This document shows, in pieces, positions 16,845-26,474 of a stretch of DNA of 64,000 nucleotides; the stretch's first letter is position 1; every line of letters begins with the position of its first letter. Origin of the DNA: a virus (lineage: Duplodnaviria; Caudoviricetes). The DNA lies in IMG/VR virus record IMGVR_UViG_3300032312_001422, positions 64,001 to 128,000 of that record. One strand, written 5' to 3'. The translations under genes and the position numbers were made by a program. Below the pieces are notes generated by a model. That model ran no database searches, was not told the DNA's origin, and was given only the letters and a program-made list of their open reading frames with translations.

Positions 16845-18110
16845 ATGAAAAAAACGTCACTGACAACCATTGCCGCCAGTACAATTGGCACAGTATTTGA
16901 ATGGTATGATTTTGTTATCTTTGGCTTGGCCAGTGTTCTTGTTTTTAATAAATTGTTTTTTCCAAACATTGATCCAGCTCTGGCCCTGGTAGTGTCAATG
17001 CTGGCCTATGCGGTGGGCATTGTAGCACGACCATTGGGTGGTATCATCTATGGCATGATAGGCGACAGGTTTGGTCGAAAACGCATGTTGACCACTACCA
17101 TGTTGCTTATGGGCATCAGTACTTTTATAATTGGTGTGTTGCCTACATATGATGCTATTGGAATATGGGCACCTGTTATTTTGATCTTGCTAAGAATTAT
17201 ACAAGGTATTGGCATTGGCGGCGAGTGGGGAGGAGCCAGTGTTATAGTACAAGAACATGCACCCGACAACCGTCGTGGTTTTTATTGTAGTTTTGTACAA
17301 ACAGGACTGCCTATGGGAATGTTAATGGCATCGGGTATATTTGCTGTGCTGAATTTGATGTTGAGCGAACAAGAGTTTCTTGCCTGGGGGTGGAGAATCC
17401 CGTTTCTGTTGAGTGCAGTCTTGGTGATTATTGGCACAGTTCTTAGACATCAAATTTTAGAAACTCCGGTGTTTTTAAAACTAACACCTCCCACAAATCC
17501 CATTAACGAGCTATTTACAAAATATCCAACAACCTTGTTCAAAGGTATCGGACTTAAAATAACAGAAAGTGTTTGGTTTTTCATAGTCACAGGTTTCATT
17601 GTCGGCTATGCTGTAAACAATTTTAATATACCAAAAAAAGATCTGTTACAAATTGTAATGATGGCCAATGCTGTCAGTATTGTGTGGACCGTGATAGTGG
17701 GTTACGTGTCAGATCTAATAGGACGACGTCCAATATTTTTCTTTGGATCTGTTTTTACAATGATCATGCCGTTTCCATTATTTTATTTGGTTGGCACCGG
17801 CGAGTTTGCAATGATTGCCACAGCAATGATAATAGGACAATGTATTGGTAGTACCACAATGTTTGCTGTTTTATCATCATACCTGCCAGAGATATTTCCT
17901 CCTAGTGTACGAAGCATAGGCAGTAGTTTGAGTTTCCAACTTGGAGCCGCTGTAACCGGTGGCATAGTTCCTGTGTTGGCCGCCTGGGCAGTTGGATACT
18001 GGGGTAGCAACTATGCTGTTTGTATCATCATGATGCTGTTTGGTGCAATTACTTTTGTATCTGCTTACAGGTCTAAAGAAACATTTCGCTTGGCGACAAA
18101 TAAATTATGA
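16845..18110 (+). CDS. MFS metabolite:H+ symporter (MHS family, ShiA/YhjE-like)
   Basis: FEWYDF, GDRFGRKR, QGIGIGGEWGGA; about 12 TM segments. Confidence 0.92.
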   Translation: MKKTSLTTIAASTIGTVFEWYDFVIFGLASVLVFNKLFFPNIDPALALVVSMLAYAVGIVARPLGGIIYGMIGDRFGRKRMLTTTMLLMGISTFIIGVLPTYDAIGIWAPVILILLRIIQGIGIGGEWGGASVIVQEHAPDNRRGFYCSFVQTGLPMGMLMASGIFAVLNLMLSEQEFLAWGWRIPFLLSAVLVIIGTVLRHQILETPVFLKLTPPTNPINELFTKYPTTLFKGIGLKITESVWFFIVTGFIVGYAVNNFNIPKKDLLQIVMMANAVSIVWTVIVGYVSDLIGRRPIFFFGSVFTMIMPFPLFYLVGTGEFAMIATAMIIGQCIGSTTMFAVLSSYLPEIFPPSVRSIGSSLSFQLGAAVTGGIVPVLAAWAVGYWGSNYAVCIIMMLFGAITFVSAYRSKETFRLATNKL

Positions 18111-18937
18111 TCAATACTTTTGTTGACAAACCCGACTTTATAATCAATGATCCTAGAATCAATCGTCCAATGCATTGGCAGTACACAGTCTCAGCCGAGC
18201 TCATGTCAACCCGGCACAAGTTGTTTTTTCATAAAACTGACCTTGCAGGCAAACGTATACTAGATCTGGGATCCTGTTGCGGTGCCACTGGTGCTTGGGC
18301 ACTGGATCGCGGAGCCAGTCATTACACCGGAGTTGAATTACAGACCAAGTTTGTAGAAACTAGCCGCTCTGCACTAGGCAAACATTATTCGCCAACTCAA
18401 TGGAACATAGTGGCCAGTGGAGTTGAAGAATATCTAACTAATTGTACAGAAAAATTTGACATAGTGATCATGGTGGGAGTACTACATTGTTTGTTTGATT
18501 ATCAGCATGTGTTGAATCGTATTACAAAAATCAGCAACGAAGTCATAATTGAGTGTTTTCATCCCTACAATGCGTTTAAAGATCTTTTCCCAACCTTAGA
18601 CAATGATGCATTATATACTCTGTGCAAAACCACAAGCCTAGCACAAATAGCAACCAAAACCGGTACTGCTGGAGAAAACGGTGGCAGTTATAACTTCGAC
18701 GGTGTACGACTATCAATGTTGGGACTTGCTAATGTTTTTGGTTATCTAGGTTGGCACACGGATTTGTTGTTCAATGATGTGTGTATAGAAAAGCTACCAG
18801 ATGTTTACAGTCTCGATACACCAAGCTATTGCCCTCGTTATGTAACAAGAAGTGTAGTAGATAAAAGAACGGTATTTGAATTTGCCGACGGCTACTTGGA
18901 TCCTGCAAAAACCAACTATGAATACAAAAACTGGTAG
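18107..18937 (+). CDS. class I SAM-dependent transferase (CmoB/DUF1698-like)
   Basis: DLAGKRILDLGSCCG, TGVE, FDIVIMVGVLH. Confidence 0.75.
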   Translation: MINTFVDKPDFIINDPRINRPMHWQYTVSAELMSTRHKLFFHKTDLAGKRILDLGSCCGATGAWALDRGASHYTGVELQTKFVETSRSALGKHYSPTQWNIVASGVEEYLTNCTEKFDIVIMVGVLHCLFDYQHVLNRITKISNEVIIECFHPYNAFKDLFPTLDNDALYTLCKTTSLAQIATKTGTAGENGGSYNFDGVRLSMLGLANVFGYLGWHTDLLFNDVCIEKLPDVYSLDTPSYCPRYVTRSVVDKRTVFEFADGYLDPAKTNYEYKNW

Positions 18938-19553
18938 CTGGACATTTGATCAACATGTTGCTGAAACATTTGTGGATCACGCCAGACAACATATTCCCAA
19001 CTACGACGCAGTCATTGATAAATGCATTGATATATGTCGGCAACTAACACCATCGGCCAGAATAGTTGATGTGGGTTGTGCCACCGGCGAAACAATACGC
19101 AGGCTACACTCTCAAGGATTTGACAATTTGACAGGTGTTGAGTCCAGTCATGCCATGTTACAACATTGTGATCGTGCCTTGGCTGAATACATACACAGCG
19201 ATAGATTCCCAAACAAAATATTTGACATAGTATTGTGCAACTGGACCTTGCATTTTATCAAAGATAAAATTGAGTATTTGTATAATATACATCAAAATTT
19301 AAGCCCGGGAGGTTTTCTTGTGCTTAGTGATAAAACCAGTTTAAATCCTCGTGCAATTAGATTGTATCACCAGTGGAAACACCAACAAGGAGTTTCGTGG
19401 GAAGATATTCGTGCCAAAGAACAGGCCGTAGAAGGAATCATGCACATAAACGATAATAAATGGTACTTGGAATCCCTGGAACAAATTGGCTTTAAAAACA
19501 TACAAATCATTGATGCCAGTTGGTGCTTTACAACATTCTTATGTGAAAAGTAA
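18918..19553 (+). CDS. CmoA-like SAM-dependent enzyme
   Basis: WTFDQHVAETF, IPNY, DVGCATG, NWTLHF, PGGFLVLSDK; ATG 18918. Confidence 0.8.
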   Translation: MNTKTGSWTFDQHVAETFVDHARQHIPNYDAVIDKCIDICRQLTPSARIVDVGCATGETIRRLHSQGFDNLTGVESSHAMLQHCDRALAEYIHSDRFPNKIFDIVLCNWTLHFIKDKIEYLYNIHQNLSPGGFLVLSDKTSLNPRAIRLYHQWKHQQGVSWEDIRAKEQAVEGIMHINDNKWYLESLEQIGFKNIQIIDASWCFTTFLCEK

Positions 19554-19578
19554 ATCTGTCGCATAAAAACAACACCTT

Positions 19579-19604
19579 AAAACCCCCGTAACAGGGGGTT
19601 TTTT
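19579..19604 (+). terminator. intrinsic terminator
   Basis: AAAACCCCC-gtaaca-GGGGGTTTTTT. Confidence 0.88.
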
Positions 19605-19621
19605 GTACCCAAAAATTCTGG

Positions 19622-19650
19622 TTGTGCCATAAATCCATTTAATGTATAAT
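19622..19650 (+). promoter_or_regulatory. sigma70 early promoter of the cassette family
   Basis: TTGTGC-cataaatccatttaatg-TATAAT, then TAGTGAT and AAGGAG. Confidence 0.8.
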
Positions 19651-19680
19651 GTTTGTATAGTGATTAATAAGGAGCCAAAA

Positions 19681-20022
19681 TTGAACTACACTAAAGATCA
19701 AATTGTTGCCATTGTTGCAGAAGCCAAAACAGAAGCTCGCATTGCCGCTGATCGATTCTTCCAAGAAAAGCTGGGCGGTCGGGATCAGTTCAGTTGTGGT
19801 TTTGCCTGGGTTGACATTTGTGGTATCAAAGGCAATACCCGATTGGGTCGTGCTTTCAAAGAAGCCGGTGTTCGTAAAAGCTACACAGGATCATTCCAGA
19901 TTTGGAATCCGGCTGACATGGGTGTGCAAAATATCGACACTCTTGAAGCCGGTGCCGAAGCGGCTGCAAAGGTTTTTGAGCGATATGGTTTCACAGCCTA
20001 TGCTGGTAGTCGTTTAGACTAA
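19681..20022 (+). CDS. early hypothetical protein
   Basis: AAGGAG RBS then TTG at 19681; CGFAWV motif. Confidence 0.8.
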   Translation: MNYTKDQIVAIVAEAKTEARIAADRFFQEKLGGRDQFSCGFAWVDICGIKGNTRLGRAFKEAGVRKSYTGSFQIWNPADMGVQNIDTLEAGAEAAAKVFERYGFTAYAGSRLD

Positions 20023-20375
20023 TGAAGTTTTTTCGAGAAACCACGCCAGATTGGGCAAGTCCTACGCCCAATCACGTTTATTTGCTAACCACAGATAAAA
20101 GCAAGATGTACGGTTACATCAAACAAGGTACCGAAGATGTAACAGTATTCAAAAAACCTTATCGATTTGATGCACGTCGTAGAACTTTTCAAGAAGTTCG
20201 AGAGTTGGGCGAAATTGATTTGGACGAAGTAAAATCAGAAAAGTGGGAATTTATAGGCAGTAAAGGCGATACTTATGTTGTCCAGAAAATAGATAATATG
20301 TTAAAATGTAGTTGTCCTGGATTTACATTCCGCGGTGAATGTAAACATGTTAAATCTGTAGAGGAGCAAGTGTAA
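20022..20375 (+). CDS. protein with C-terminal SWIM zinc finger
   Basis: CSCPGFTFRGECKH. Confidence 0.8.
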   Translation: MKFFRETTPDWASPTPNHVYLLTTDKSKMYGYIKQGTEDVTVFKKPYRFDARRRTFQEVRELGEIDLDEVKSEKWEFIGSKGDTYVVQKIDNMLKCSCPGFTFRGECKHVKSVEEQV

Positions 20376-20812
20376 TGGCCACACGTTCAGCAATTGGTAT
20401 CAAACACGGTGACAGAATCAAAGCAATCTATTGCCACTATGACGGTTACGTCGAATACCTGGGTCGTGCCCTGCACACCTACTATCAAGATTCGGTCAAG
20501 GTCAATGGGTTGATTGCTCAGGGCGATATGAGTTGTATAGGCGCCGACATTGGCGAAAAACATCCATTCAATGACCGTAGCGAATACATTGATGAGTGGA
20601 TTGCTCGACAATGTACTTTTTACAGTCGTGATCGCGGTGAAGACAATGTAGATTTTAGATCTTTTGCCACAGAAGCAGACTTTATAGATTACTATGATGG
20701 ATCTGGTGTACAGTTTTACTACCTGTATGATCACGGTGTTTGGTATGTGAGCAAAAATGGTCGAAACAATTTTCAACCCTTGCACGAAGTTTTAAGCCTG
20801 GAGACAGCATAA
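20375..20812 (+). CDS. hypothetical phage protein
   Basis: MATRSAIG...YCHYDGY; TAATG coupling. Confidence 0.8.
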   Translation: MATRSAIGIKHGDRIKAIYCHYDGYVEYLGRALHTYYQDSVKVNGLIAQGDMSCIGADIGEKHPFNDRSEYIDEWIARQCTFYSRDRGEDNVDFRSFATEADFIDYYDGSGVQFYYLYDHGVWYVSKNGRNNFQPLHEVLSLETA

Positions 20813-20979
20813 TGTCCAAGACCACAGATTTCCGCAGATGGTTGCACGAGTTGTGGTTGCGTAATTGTGATGAACGCACAGAGTATGGCGAAATGCGTTA
20901 TACACAAGAACAGTATTTTCAGCAGTACAAGTATTGGTTGAAAAGAGAATTCAAATATCAAAGGAGCCAAAATGCCTAA
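20812..20979 (+). CDS. small hypothetical protein
   Basis: ATG 20812 coupled to the upstream stop; GGAG RBS. Confidence 0.7.
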   Translation: MSKTTDFRRWLHELWLRNCDERTEYGEMRYTQEQYFQQYKYWLKREFKYQRSQNA

Positions 20980-21583
20980 TTGGTGCGGCAATACTCTAAC
21001 ATTAACTCACGCAGATCCGGAAATGATTGTTCGTGCCAAAGCGGCCTTTGTGGAGGGTCGGTTGCTGGAAGAATTTATCCCTGTACCTGCAGGACTTAAA
21101 GATACTACTAGTCCCAACCGTGATGGTACGGCCGAGGAACTTCGAGCACAATATGGATACACCGATTGGTACGACTTTTGTGTAAACGAATGGGGCACCA
21201 AGTGGGACATTGGTGACGGGCAAGGCGTTCAGGCCTGGGACGACAACGAACTGATTGTGTACTTTGACTCAGCATGGAGCCCACCTGTTGCGGCCTACGA
21301 AAAGTTCATGGATCTTGGCTTTACAGTTTACGCAACCTACTACGAACCTGGCTGTGCCTTTGCTGGTATTTTTGAAGATGGTGCGGACGACTATTATGAT
21401 CTGTCTAACATGGATTCGGGTGATGTGCAACAGCAGTTGCCGCCAGATTTAGATAGTGCCTTTGGTATCAGTGAATGTATGGCCGAATACGAAGCTGAAA
21501 ACGAAGACGAAGTTACCACCTGGTACAAAGAAGGTGTAGAAGAAACCGGTCTTACACCACACGAGGTAAAGAAACATGCTTAA
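20972..21583 (+). CDS. DUF1281/Api92-like ferredoxin-fold protein
   Basis: MPNWCGN, WYDFCVNEWGTKWD, FDSAWSPP. Confidence 0.8.
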   Translation: MPNWCGNTLTLTHADPEMIVRAKAAFVEGRLLEEFIPVPAGLKDTTSPNRDGTAEELRAQYGYTDWYDFCVNEWGTKWDIGDGQGVQAWDDNELIVYFDSAWSPPVAAYEKFMDLGFTVYATYYEPGCAFAGIFEDGADDYYDLSNMDSGDVQQQLPPDLDSAFGISECMAEYEAENEDEVTTWYKEGVEETGLTPHEVKKHA

Positions 21584-22886
21584 ACCCTGGCAAGTTGTAC
21601 AAGAACTTGAAAGCGACAACAGTCGCTTGTTCAAAGAAAGCGTGGTTGAGCGTGAAGCTGCGGCCGGCAACGATGAGTTTTTTAAAGGTGCTCAGTGGGC
21701 TTTGGACGCCATGATCACCTTTGGCATACGCAAGGTAGAAGAAAAGTCTGGGGATGGCCGAGGCTTAAAACCAGAAACATTTTGGGCCACAGCCGGACAG
21801 TTGTCACGCAGAGAGCTTACCGGCAATGCGGCCATCACCGCAGTCAATTATATGCGTTTGAATGCAACCGAAGCTGAATGGAATCATTGGTATAGAAGAA
21901 TTTTGATCAAGGATTTACGTTGTGGTGTCTCAGAAAAAACCGTTAACTCTGTAGTGGGAAAGAAATATGGAAAGTATATTGTACCTGTTTTTAGTTGCCA
22001 ACTTGCTCACGATGGTGCTAATCATGAAAGCAAAGTGTCAGGATCCAAGCTGGTGGAAGTTAAGTTGGATGGAGTGCGTGTTATTACTATTGTCTATCCA
22101 ACTGGGAATGTTGATCAGTATAGTCGTAATGGCAAAGAGCTGGTAAACTTTGAGCATATCAAGCGTCAGTTCGCTAAACATGCCCGACTGTTACGTGAGC
22201 CGATGGTGTTTGATGGCGAAGTAATGTCGAGCTCATTCCAAGACCTGATGCGTCAAGTGCATCGTAAAAGTGATGTAGAAGCGTCGGATGCGGTGTTACA
22301 CTTATTTGATATTTTAACATTAAAAGATTTCCAGACTGGCATCAGCTCAGTGCCACAAGTGGATCGTAGCAATTCGTTACGTGCTTGGTATGCTCCTATT
22401 GCGGACCATATGCCTAACGTGGCTATTTTGGGATATGAACTTGTGGATTTAGATACCGAACCGGGTCGTATTTTGTTCCAATCCATCAATCAACGAGCCA
22501 TTGCTGGTGGTTACGAAGGTATCATGATCAAAGAACCCACGGCAGGATATGAGTGTAAACGCAGTACCTCTTGGCTCAAACAAAAACCTTATATCGAAGT
22601 CAGTTTGACTGTGATTGGAGTTGAAGAAGGAACTGGTCGCAATGCGGGCAAGTTAGGTGCTATAATAGTAGAAGGAGAAGATGATGGTAAACTTATTAGG
22701 ACCAATGTCGGGTCAGGACTTACAGACAGTGACCGTGATCAGTTGTGGACTCATCGTGATCAGCTCAATGGCCGTGTTGTTGAAGTTCGTGCTGACGCTG
22801 TTACGCAAAATCAAGATGGATCGTACAGTTTAAGATTTCCCAGATTCAAGGGATTCAGAGGGTTTGAGCCCGGAGAGAAACTATAA
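21576..22886 (+). CDS. ATP-dependent DNA ligase
   Basis: KLDGVR adenylation motif, FDGE, EGIMIK, WLKQK, SLRFPRF. Confidence 0.95.
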   Translation: MLKPWQVVQELESDNSRLFKESVVEREAAAGNDEFFKGAQWALDAMITFGIRKVEEKSGDGRGLKPETFWATAGQLSRRELTGNAAITAVNYMRLNATEAEWNHWYRRILIKDLRCGVSEKTVNSVVGKKYGKYIVPVFSCQLAHDGANHESKVSGSKLVEVKLDGVRVITIVYPTGNVDQYSRNGKELVNFEHIKRQFAKHARLLREPMVFDGEVMSSSFQDLMRQVHRKSDVEASDAVLHLFDILTLKDFQTGISSVPQVDRSNSLRAWYAPIADHMPNVAILGYELVDLDTEPGRILFQSINQRAIAGGYEGIMIKEPTAGYECKRSTSWLKQKPYIEVSLTVIGVEEGTGRNAGKLGAIIVEGEDDGKLIRTNVGSGLTDSDRDQLWTHRDQLNGRVVEVRADAVTQNQDGSYSLRFPRFKGFRGFEPGEKL

Positions 22887-22888
22887 AA

Positions 22889-23809
22889 TTGAAAATAGCA
22901 TTAGGCAGTGATATACATTTAGAATTTGGCCCCATTACCTTGGATAATACTGAAGGTGCCGATGTGTTAGTTCTTGCTGGCGATATCTGCGTGGCCAAAC
23001 ATTTTGTTGATGGTGGCCCTACCTATGTGCAACACCTAGCCAAGGAATACAGGCAGTTTTTTGATCATGTGTGTCGAGAGTTCCCTCAAGTGGTGTATAT
23101 CATGGGCAATCACGAACACTACTCAGGCGACGTTGCTCATACTTATAATATTCTTCGGGAACATCTAGACTACGGTAACCTACACATTCTTGAAAAAGAA
23201 ACATGGACGCATCAAGGACATACCTTTGTTGGTGGTACCTTATGGACTGACATGAACCGAGAAGACGGAACTGCAATGAGCTATGCTCAGTCAGCAATGA
23301 ACGACTTCTGCGAAGTACTCAACAGCAATAGAATGGTTGTTAGACAAGTTCCCGTCTACGAACGAAATCCCTTATGGACTGGTGACGGCAAGAACGGTGG
23401 TCAGTACAGCAAAGACGCAACAGGCGCCATGATCAATATTGGCTATAAGAGCAAGGAAGAGCCAGCACGTTGGACTCCGGAAGATAGTGTAGCAGATCAT
23501 CAGAAAATGTTGGATTATATCAACATTGTTACCAGAGAACCTGGTAGCTATATTGTGGTAGGACATCATTGTCCCAGTGAGTTGAGTGTGGCTGAAATGT
23601 ACAAAGGTAACTTGTTAAATGCCGCATTCCGTAGCGGATTGGATGATTTTATTGAAGCTCGTCCACAGATCAAGTTATGGTTACATGGCCATACGCATTA
23701 TAACTTTAACTATTGGATTGGTGAAACTAGGGTAGTATGTAACCCTAGAGGCTATATTGGGCATGAGGCTAGTGCTGATTGGTTTAAATTACAGTATTTG
23801 GAGGTCTGA
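22889..23809 (+). CDS. calcineurin-like metallophosphoesterase
   Basis: SDIH, AGDI, GNHE, HGHTH. Confidence 0.9.
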   Translation: MKIALGSDIHLEFGPITLDNTEGADVLVLAGDICVAKHFVDGGPTYVQHLAKEYRQFFDHVCREFPQVVYIMGNHEHYSGDVAHTYNILREHLDYGNLHILEKETWTHQGHTFVGGTLWTDMNREDGTAMSYAQSAMNDFCEVLNSNRMVVRQVPVYERNPLWTGDGKNGGQYSKDATGAMINIGYKSKEEPARWTPEDSVADHQKMLDYINIVTREPGSYIVVGHHCPSELSVAEMYKGNLLNAAFRSGLDDFIEARPQIKLWLHGHTHYNFNYWIGETRVVCNPRGYIGHEASADWFKLQYLEV

Positions 23810-23991
23810 TGCAAGTCAAAGAATATACAGTATTGGTTGATTGTGTTGAGCGTGGCGTAACTTTTGGTATGGCTCGTGCATACAAGCACAGTGACACTCC
23901 TACGCCCGACAGTATTAAGCAACAGATAGCGGATGCAGTTCTACTAGAAATATCCGAATACTTTAATTTTAAGGAAGAACACGATGAGTGA
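23809..23991 (+). CDS. small hypothetical protein
   Basis: GGAGG RBS; coupled. Confidence 0.7.
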   Translation: MQVKEYTVLVDCVERGVTFGMARAYKHSDTPTPDSIKQQIADAVLLEISEYFNFKEEHDE

Positions 23992-24364
23992 GTATTCGCC
24001 GGACCGTTGGGTCGTTGTAAAAATTGTCACCGCCAAAGAACACTTGTACAAAGTGTTTGCTTGTTGGCACGGTGGTTATACTGGATCAGACAGTTGGCAG
24101 ATGAACTCAGGTATAACTCAAGCCACACTTGTTGACAACCGCTGGGAGTTTAAAGGCTACTCAGGATCTGTGTACAGTTGCCATAAGGAATCCTATGGCA
24201 CCAATGGATATGGTGGCACGGTGCTACAAGGTTTCATTGACCGGATGCCCGGCCAAGGAGCCCGAATGGAAATCATGCCTAGCGCCACAGACTGGGCCAC
24301 GCTAGACTATGATCCCTTACAGCAATGGATCAACTCTGGTATAGAGAAGGAAAATGTTAAATGA
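23984..24364 (+). CDS. hypothetical phage protein
   Basis: YSPDRWVVVKI...WHGGYTGSDSWQMNSGI. Confidence 0.8.
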   Translation: MSEYSPDRWVVVKIVTAKEHLYKVFACWHGGYTGSDSWQMNSGITQATLVDNRWEFKGYSGSVYSCHKESYGTNGYGGTVLQGFIDRMPGQGARMEIMPSATDWATLDYDPLQQWINSGIEKENVK

Positions 24365-24534
24365 CAAGACTCAGTTGGATCACAACCATAGTAGAAGATC
24401 CTGATCATCCAGGTGAAATGTTACTGGACATTGGCGAAGCTTGTAAAGAACTTGGCTGGGCAGAAGGTGACACTATTGAGTGGATTGACAACAAGGATGG
24501 AACTTGGACACTGAGAAGAAAAGAGAAAAAATGA
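24361..24534 (+). CDS. AbrB/MazE-like small DNA-binding protein (57 aa), not in ORF track
   Basis: MTRLSWITTIVEDPDHPGEMLLDIGEACKELGWAEGDTIEWIDNKDGTWTLRRK; ATGA overlaps. Confidence 0.7.
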   Translation: MTRLSWITTIVEDPDHPGEMLLDIGEACKELGWAEGDTIEWIDNKDGTWTLRRKEKK

Positions 24535-24845
24535 CATATCATATTGTGTACGAAAATGCTGTAGTAGAAGATTTAGATATCAGAGACCGTGAACGTGAGA
24601 TCACTCACTTGCTGTACGAGCACGATTGCGAAGTAACATTTGTCAAGAAGGACGGCACAGTCCGCACCATGCCTTGTACTTTGCGTAAAGAAGCCATGCC
24701 CAAGCGTGACGCTGAAAAGTTGCACGAAACTCGACTATACAAACCTGAAACCATTACCGCATGGTGCCTGGACAAGGCAGAATGGCGTGCCTTCAAAACT
24801 GCCAACGTACGAGAGATCAGAATACTTGATGCCGAGAAGCAATGA
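24531..24845 (+). CDS. WYL_2/DUF2693-like SH3-barrel protein
   Basis: VTFVKKDGTVRTMPCTL...WCLDKAEWRAFK; ATG 24531. Confidence 0.75.
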   Translation: MTYHIVYENAVVEDLDIRDREREITHLLYEHDCEVTFVKKDGTVRTMPCTLRKEAMPKRDAEKLHETRLYKPETITAWCLDKAEWRAFKTANVREIRILDAEKQ

Positions 24846-25236
24846 ATTTGACATGAGTCGTGACATGCAGGACTGTCAGTGGTTCAAAGACAAAGTCCGT
24901 GCCAGTAACTCCTATGCTCAAAATTTATATGCTGCCATGTGTAATACGCAATGGCAACGAGCCGAAATATGGCCTGTACTTCGAGATGAATACTGGTCGT
25001 GCAGTTGGCGTAGTGCTGGCGGTATAGTAGCCAATCTCAGAGCCTGTGGAGAAGATTACATGGACTACTATTGTTCGGGCATGGGCGGATTTAGTGCCCT
25101 CGATGATGAAACTGAAGAAGAAGCCCAGACACACTTTAAGGCCAGAGGATTTGTACCCGAAGAAGAAATAACCGATGAAATACGCAACGACCTTGCCCAG
25201 CTAGGATGGCATCCAGTAATTGTACCCAGGACCTAA
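24829..25236 (+). CDS. hypothetical protein, paralog of 26076
   Basis: YAQNLYAAMCN...WSCSWR...DYYCSG; ATG 24829. Confidence 0.75.
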   Translation: MPRSNEFDMSRDMQDCQWFKDKVRASNSYAQNLYAAMCNTQWQRAEIWPVLRDEYWSCSWRSAGGIVANLRACGEDYMDYYCSGMGGFSALDDETEEEAQTHFKARGFVPEEEITDEIRNDLAQLGWHPVIVPRT

Positions 25237-25239
25237 TAA

Positions 25240-25476
25240 ATGAAAACACAAGACATAGAAAAACTGTTGATTGGCAGTATCAAAGAAGTATTGCAAGACC
25301 CAAAATACTTTTATCAGTCAACTGTGGGTCCAGATTATTGCCATTTGACAGCGGTGGGCAATGATGTTATACTTGAAACAATTAATATCTTAGGATCCAG
25401 AATGTTGTTGGCAATGATGCTGGAAGATGTAGAACGCAGTAAACAGTTGGTATTAGACAATCTCAAAGGAAATTAA
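25240..25476 (+). CDS. hypothetical protein
   Basis: ORF in operon context. Confidence 0.7.
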   Translation: MKTQDIEKLLIGSIKEVLQDPKYFYQSTVGPDYCHLTAVGNDVILETINILGSRMLLAMMLEDVERSKQLVLDNLKGN

Positions 25477-25477
25477 A

Positions 25478-25642
25478 ATGGCATATGATCCACGTGCAGT
25501 AAAAGTATCAAAATCAGTAAAACGAGTGGCCGCAACAATAACCGACAAGGCACAACGCCGTGATTTTATACGTGGTTATGTTCAGGCCGAAGCCGCAAAT
25601 GCTCGAGCAGGTGCAAGTCGTCGCCGGGATAAAAACGAATAA
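25478..25642 (+). CDS. 54-aa basic protein, not in ORF track
   Basis: AAGGA RBS; MAYDPRAVKVSKSVKRVAA...RRRDKNE*. Confidence 0.7.
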   Translation: MAYDPRAVKVSKSVKRVAATITDKAQRRDFIRGYVQAEAANARAGASRRRDKNE

Positions 25643-25739
25643 AACGGTTTGGTAAAATTAGTTGTTGCATTGTGCCAAAAAATAGTGCATAATATATTCA
25701 TGCTGTTGATTAACAGCGTTTAACTTAAAGGAAATTAAC

Positions 25740-26006
25740 ATGTTTGATCTTTCAACAAAACAAGGTAAGTTGTTTAACGCACTAGTATTAAAGGGTGAAA
25801 CTTTGACAGCGAGCCAAATCGCCAAGCGTTTCTCCATCAAGAACCCAACCGCTACAATCAGCGACATTCGTCATGCTGGTTTTGCTATCTATGGCAACAA
25901 GCGTGTGGCAGGCAACGGTGTTCAAGTAACTGAATATCGTCATGGTAAAGCAAGCCGTCGTTTGGTTGCTGCTGGTTACAAAGCATTGGCAGCTGGTTTA
26001 GTTTAA
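25740..26006 (+). CDS. small winged-HTH DNA-binding protein
   Basis: LTASQIAKRFSIKNPTATISDIR; own promoter (TTGCAT-17bp-CATAAT, 25665-25693) and terminator. Confidence 0.7.
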   Translation: MFDLSTKQGKLFNALVLKGETLTASQIAKRFSIKNPTATISDIRHAGFAIYGNKRVAGNGVQVTEYRHGKASRRLVAAGYKALAAGLV

Positions 26007-26026
26007 TAAACCGTAACAAAACTGTC

Positions 26027-26056
26027 AAAAAAGCACCGTTCGCGGTGCTTTTTTTA
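26027..26056 (+). terminator. intrinsic terminator
   Basis: AAAAAAGCACCG-TTCG-CGGTGCTTTTTT. Confidence 0.9.
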
Positions 26057-26075
26057 TGAGCCCATTAAATACTTT

Positions 26076-26450
26076 ATGGGTCGCAAAGTTTTTAATCTTG
26101 AGCGTGATATCCGTAGTACAGATTGGATCATATCCAAAGTACGACAGCAAGAAATCTATGCCCAAAATTTATATGCCGCACTTTGCAACAATGAATATGT
26201 GCCACAGGATGTTTGGGGCATACTTAAAAATATACATTGGGACTGCACCTGGCGTTATGCGGCCAGTTTGGTAGCTGAAATACGTGAAGATGACAGTTAC
26301 ATAGATTGGTACTGCTCAGGTACCGGATTTGCCGGTACAGACTTTACTGGCTTTGTTGAAGAAAGCTATGTGACAGAAGAAGTAGAATACGACTTTAATC
26401 AAATTGGATGGTTACTGACAACTCGCCGATATTTTGATCTCCCAAACTAA
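26076..26450 (+). CDS. hypothetical protein, paralog of 24829
   Basis: YAQNLYAALCN...WDCTWR...DWYCSG. Confidence 0.8.
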   Translation: MGRKVFNLERDIRSTDWIISKVRQQEIYAQNLYAALCNNEYVPQDVWGILKNIHWDCTWRYAASLVAEIREDDSYIDWYCSGTGFAGTDFTGFVEESYVTEEVEYDFNQIGWLLTTRRYFDLPN

Positions 26451-26474
26451 ATAGCCGGCATTGAACTAATCTAG

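Noticed and set aside
16845-18110. MFS as exporter of an rSAM-derived RiPP
   Set aside because: The motifs are those of MHS-family importers, and the tmRNA unit with its own promoter and hairpin separates it from the cluster.
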